A stretch of 63,669 bases of DNA, filler included, from Octopus bimaculoides (lineage: Eukaryota): the NCBI RefSeq assembly GCF_001194135.2. It is 3 parts of 2 records of this genome, joined end to end, with 100 filler letters (N's around TTAATTAATTAA, not from the genome) between each part and the next. Parts side by side here need not be neighbours in the genome. Positions count along the whole stretch, not along the records: positions 33,425 to 63,669 come from NC_068986.1; 2 more parts are not named here. One strand, given 5' to 3'. Both the position numbers and the translations under genes were made by a program. Position 1 is the stretch's first letter; each line of letters begins with the position of its first letter. A model generated the notes under the pieces. The model was not told the origin of the DNA. It worked only from the letters and a program-made list of their open reading frames with translations, and made no database searches. Below, piece after piece: positions 62,831 to 63,669 of this stretch.

Positions 62831-63167
62831 ATGAGCAGAAACAAAATGAAAATAACAATCTCTTTTAAGATAATTTCTTTTTATTATCTGTAGCAATATT
62901 TTATCATATTTTCTAGTTTGTATATATTGTTTTCAAAAACATCATTATTTGAATGCTAAAACATATGATAGATGGTTGATATTTACTGATACAGCTTGTC
63001 GCATTGTCTGTTTCCATCACTGGTGAAATTTGCATAGCTGCATGTATGCAGATGTTTCTTATGTAAATGCAGGTTCTTTGCTTTCTGTGTTCAGCGCAGC
63101 TACACATGTAAGCAAATATGTTTAAATGTTACCTAAAATATAAAATGTGTATCTGCATATGTATGTG

Positions 63168-63204
<37 letters not shown>

Positions 63205-63210
<6 letters not shown>

Positions 63211-63650
63211 CATTGTTGTTTTAATGTCCACTTTGCTATATATATTTTTTTCTATGACCAGGTGCCCTTCACTTGTGTCCAAATAAAGCAATATTTTCCA
63301 ATGGTTGGACATGTTTTCTTAGGATATTGGAAATGAGTGATGCTGCTAGTATGATGGTAACACTCATTTATAACTAGTGCACAATATCTAGGCAAAGCAG
63401 CAAACACTTACACACATGCGTATACATATGCATACGCATAGGTGCACACACACACAGCATAATGGTCTTGTTTCAGTTTCCATCTACCAAGTACATTCAC
63501 ATGCATTTGGTTGGCCTATAGCTATTGTAGAGGACACCTGCCTAAAGAGCTATGCAGTGGAGTGAAACCCCAAACCACAAATTCAGTGAGTGAACAGTTA
63601 AGAGGTTAAGATGTTCACTCTTAACCTCTTAACCACAAAGCTGTGCACAT
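63205..63650 (-). mobile_element. Family-A/F SINE with a templated insertion in its head
   Basis: F tail at 63205-63390, hinge at 63400-63465, and A head to ~63650. Confidence 0.75.
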
Positions 63651-63669
63651 ATATATATATATATATATA

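Overview
This is repeat-dominated animal genomic DNA. By inference it is a coleoid cephalopod (Octopus), judged from the microsatellite density and the tRNA-derived SINE families. No intact host protein-coding gene, RNA gene or CRISPR array can be supported, and nearly all ORFs in the supplied track are microsatellite or N-gap read-throughs. The window contains: (i) at least four tRNA-headed SINE families, labelled here A, B, C and D, plus an RTE-type tail module F, which swap heads, bodies and tails; (ii) several RTE-clade LINE fragments, one carrying a 3'UTR array of five ~65-nt units with conserved stems; (iii) a 5'-truncated R4/Dong-clade element inside (TAA)n; (iv) a full-length dead DD34D mariner, an internally deleted DD37D (maT) element, a mariner left end and three piggyBac-type MITEs; (v) an 833-bp TIR element carrying a SAP-domain/SWIM-like gene fragment, possibly ISL2EU-like; (vi) two small inverted-rearrangement scars; (vii) a sharp CpG-content step at ~18 kb that coincides with an artificial 100-bp scaffold-join linker. 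Family labels are my own, and repeat boundaries were read by eye (about +/-10-20 bp) unless TIRs or TSDs are quoted.
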